From NCBI RefSeq assembly GCF_009914755.1, contig NC_060937.1: a stretch of 64,000 bases of DNA; one strand, 5' to 3'. The notes under the pieces were generated by a model. The model searched no databases, was not told where the DNA came from, and worked only from the letters and a program-made list of their open reading frames with translations. A program made the position numbers and the translations under genes. Source of the stretch: the human T2T-CHM13v2.0 reference genome, Homo sapiens. Positions 59,941 through 64,000 of the stretch are shown one piece after another (within the stretch, counting starts at the first letter, position 1; each line of letters starts with the position of its first letter).

Positions 59941-61934
59941 CCACCCCTCCCCGCCAAGCCATATGTATACACATAGCCCCAATACCTTGGTATTAGCCTT
60001 CTCCCCTGCCTCCTTTTATACCACATCTCCCCCTCTTCTTCATCTATTGTAGTGAGAAAAGCAGATGGACTTGGTGCATTATCCGTCTTTGCTACAATGT
60101 AAGAATTCAAGGGTATAAACCATAGACCGTTGTGTTGAGCCCTGAACTTGGATTTTTCAGCCAGGTTCGTTCAGGTTATGGGCTGTCCACTGCCCATCAC
60201 AAATACAACTGAGACCTCAGATTGAAAAAGAATGAAGTTGCATTCAGTCTCTCTTGTTGCAGTTTCTCTCTTTACCTGGGATGAAGATCATTTTCAGAAG
60301 CTTCCCCATCCTAACATGTTAGATAAACTGTCTAAGCTACTCAGCTGCTTCTCCTCCCTCACTCTTAGGATTTGTCTGTTTCTATCTGTGCGGTTTGGCT
60401 CTCCCTGTTGTCCTTACCCTTTTCCTTTTGTTCTAAGAGCCCAGCACTACTCTAGCTTCTAGGGGTTATCAGCCCACACCCCTCCAGCTATTCCAGGTCA
60501 CACAACATCTTTCAGTCCCGACCACCACCAGGCGACACATTAACACCTGCATTTCCAAAGAACTCCAATAGACTTTTTATGACTTTTCACAAAATTCTTA
60601 GTCCCCTGCTTTGTTACTAGAACATGAAAATTCTTCCTGAAATCAAACCCACCTTTTGAGGGGCAGTAGAATTTTGCTATGAGGAAGAAAGCACACATTC
60701 AACACAGAGAATGAAAGTTGGGACAGGATCACATGCCCAGAGCATAGCAGACGGCAAGCTCTCAGGATGGTCAGAGTGGGAAGAGCTGGATATTAGCTTA
60801 AACTATGGAAAACTTTTCATGAAGAGGAAAAACCTGAGAGAACTTGAAAGGTAAGTAGGAATTAAGGTGACGCTAAAGGAATAAGATATGAAATAAACAG
60901 GCATCTGAGTGCATTTCTCTATGAGCAATTTACCAACCTATTATTAGAAAATGCTTAAAAGAGGAATGTTTCTTCTGTGTTACTGTACACCTGGATTTCA
61001 TTCCTGCATACTCAAAGCTAAACCTGCGCAACAAATCAGCTCTTCCTTTTGTAAAAGAAATAAAACCAAATTTTTATGGTTTTATTTATTTTACAAATGA
61101 CAAAATTATTGTTTGTAAAATAATTGTTCCTGGGATAAGAGATCAGACTATTCAAATAGAGATATAATTTATGGATTTAAAATTAAATTCCTTTCCAACA
61201 TTATCTTTAGAATTTGAATCAATTAGGGAACATAAACATGATTGCTATTGGGTGAGACTGCCTCTGAATACAAAAATATGGTTTGAAAGCTCAGCTCAGG
61301 TTTAGAATCGGTGAGAAAAAAAAAGGGAGAAAGGAAAAGTATGGTGTTGTCAGCATTCAAAGGAGAAGTAATGTGCATCTTTAGATAAAAGCTTTACAAT
61401 GGTGTGCATAATAATGATACTGTTTGTTTTAAATGTGATATATATATATAGAAATGTGTACATAGACATACAACAATTACTTATGAACAAATACACTAAA
61501 AGCCAGTAACAAAGATCGCCTCTGCAGAGGGGAACTTAGAGCTACAGGAAAGACTCTTTTTCATTGTGTACTTCCTTTTCTGATTGAATTTCCCACCATG
61601 TAGCTCAATTATCAATTCTAAAAAAAAAAATGTGTTTAATGTAAAACATTGTTTCAAATTTCCAACTCTTAAATGTGAGAATAGATCTCTGAGGTGGAAG
61701 AAAGAGATAGAAAAAGAAGATAGGATGAGAAGGAAGAAAGAAAGGACAAATCGTGGAATAGATGCTCTGCTCTGGGCACTAAGAGTTGCAGAAAGAGAAT
61801 AAACCTTTGGTCACATTGTCCAAGTGTTAGAAAAACATATTCCTTGGGCCATTTAAGACACCACCTGAAAAGTAGAATCAATAATTACAGATGCTTTGTA
61901 AAGATGAGAAAGACTGTGGGAGATCAAAGAGAAC

Positions 61935-63340
<1,406 letters not shown>

Positions 63341-63588
63341 AATTCAAAGAGAACCACACAAACGTGGAGGGAAGGGGCTCTGTGCTGGCTACACACGGGT
63401 CATTGCAGCTGGAAGGGACTCCAGAGGCAGGACCATGGATTTTAGGAAAACATCAGTACCATCATTTGCCTTCATACAGGTAAATTTATATAGTACCTCA
63501 ATACCCATTTTCTAGGTAATTTTATGGAGTCTACTTGCCTATCAAATTTCCCTCCAGGTAATCATGAAACTGACATGAAACAGACTAG

Positions 63589-63998
<410 letters not shown>

Positions 63999-64000
63999 GC

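Overview
Primate (almost certainly human) genomic DNA. The left end holds coding exon 1 of DCT (dopachrome tautomerase/TYRP2) on the minus strand (CDS part 767->473, GT donor at 472-471), its long 5' UTR and its melanocyte promoter (M-box, adjacent LEF/TCF-type site, CRE-like element, paired SOX site). The remaining ~62 kb is upstream sequence with no other credible host protein-coding exon. It is dominated by interspersed repeats: about 20 Alus, many MaLR/ERVL LTRs, a solo LTR12, DNA transposon relics (Tigger2, MER5, MADE1), and a full-length but disabled L1PA element (48152-54314) whose antisense promoter and ORF0 relic face DCT. I see no prokaryotic-type system and no CRISPR array. The best leads are regulatory or mutational: a possible L1-antisense/ORF0 route into DCT, uORFs in the DCT 5' UTR, a transposon-embedded M-box/AP-1/E-box cluster, a 52-bp minisatellite with strict dimeric alternation, template-switch hairpins and a 302-bp tandem duplication. 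Repeat subfamily names come from recalled consensus sequences, and boundaries without a TSD are approximate.
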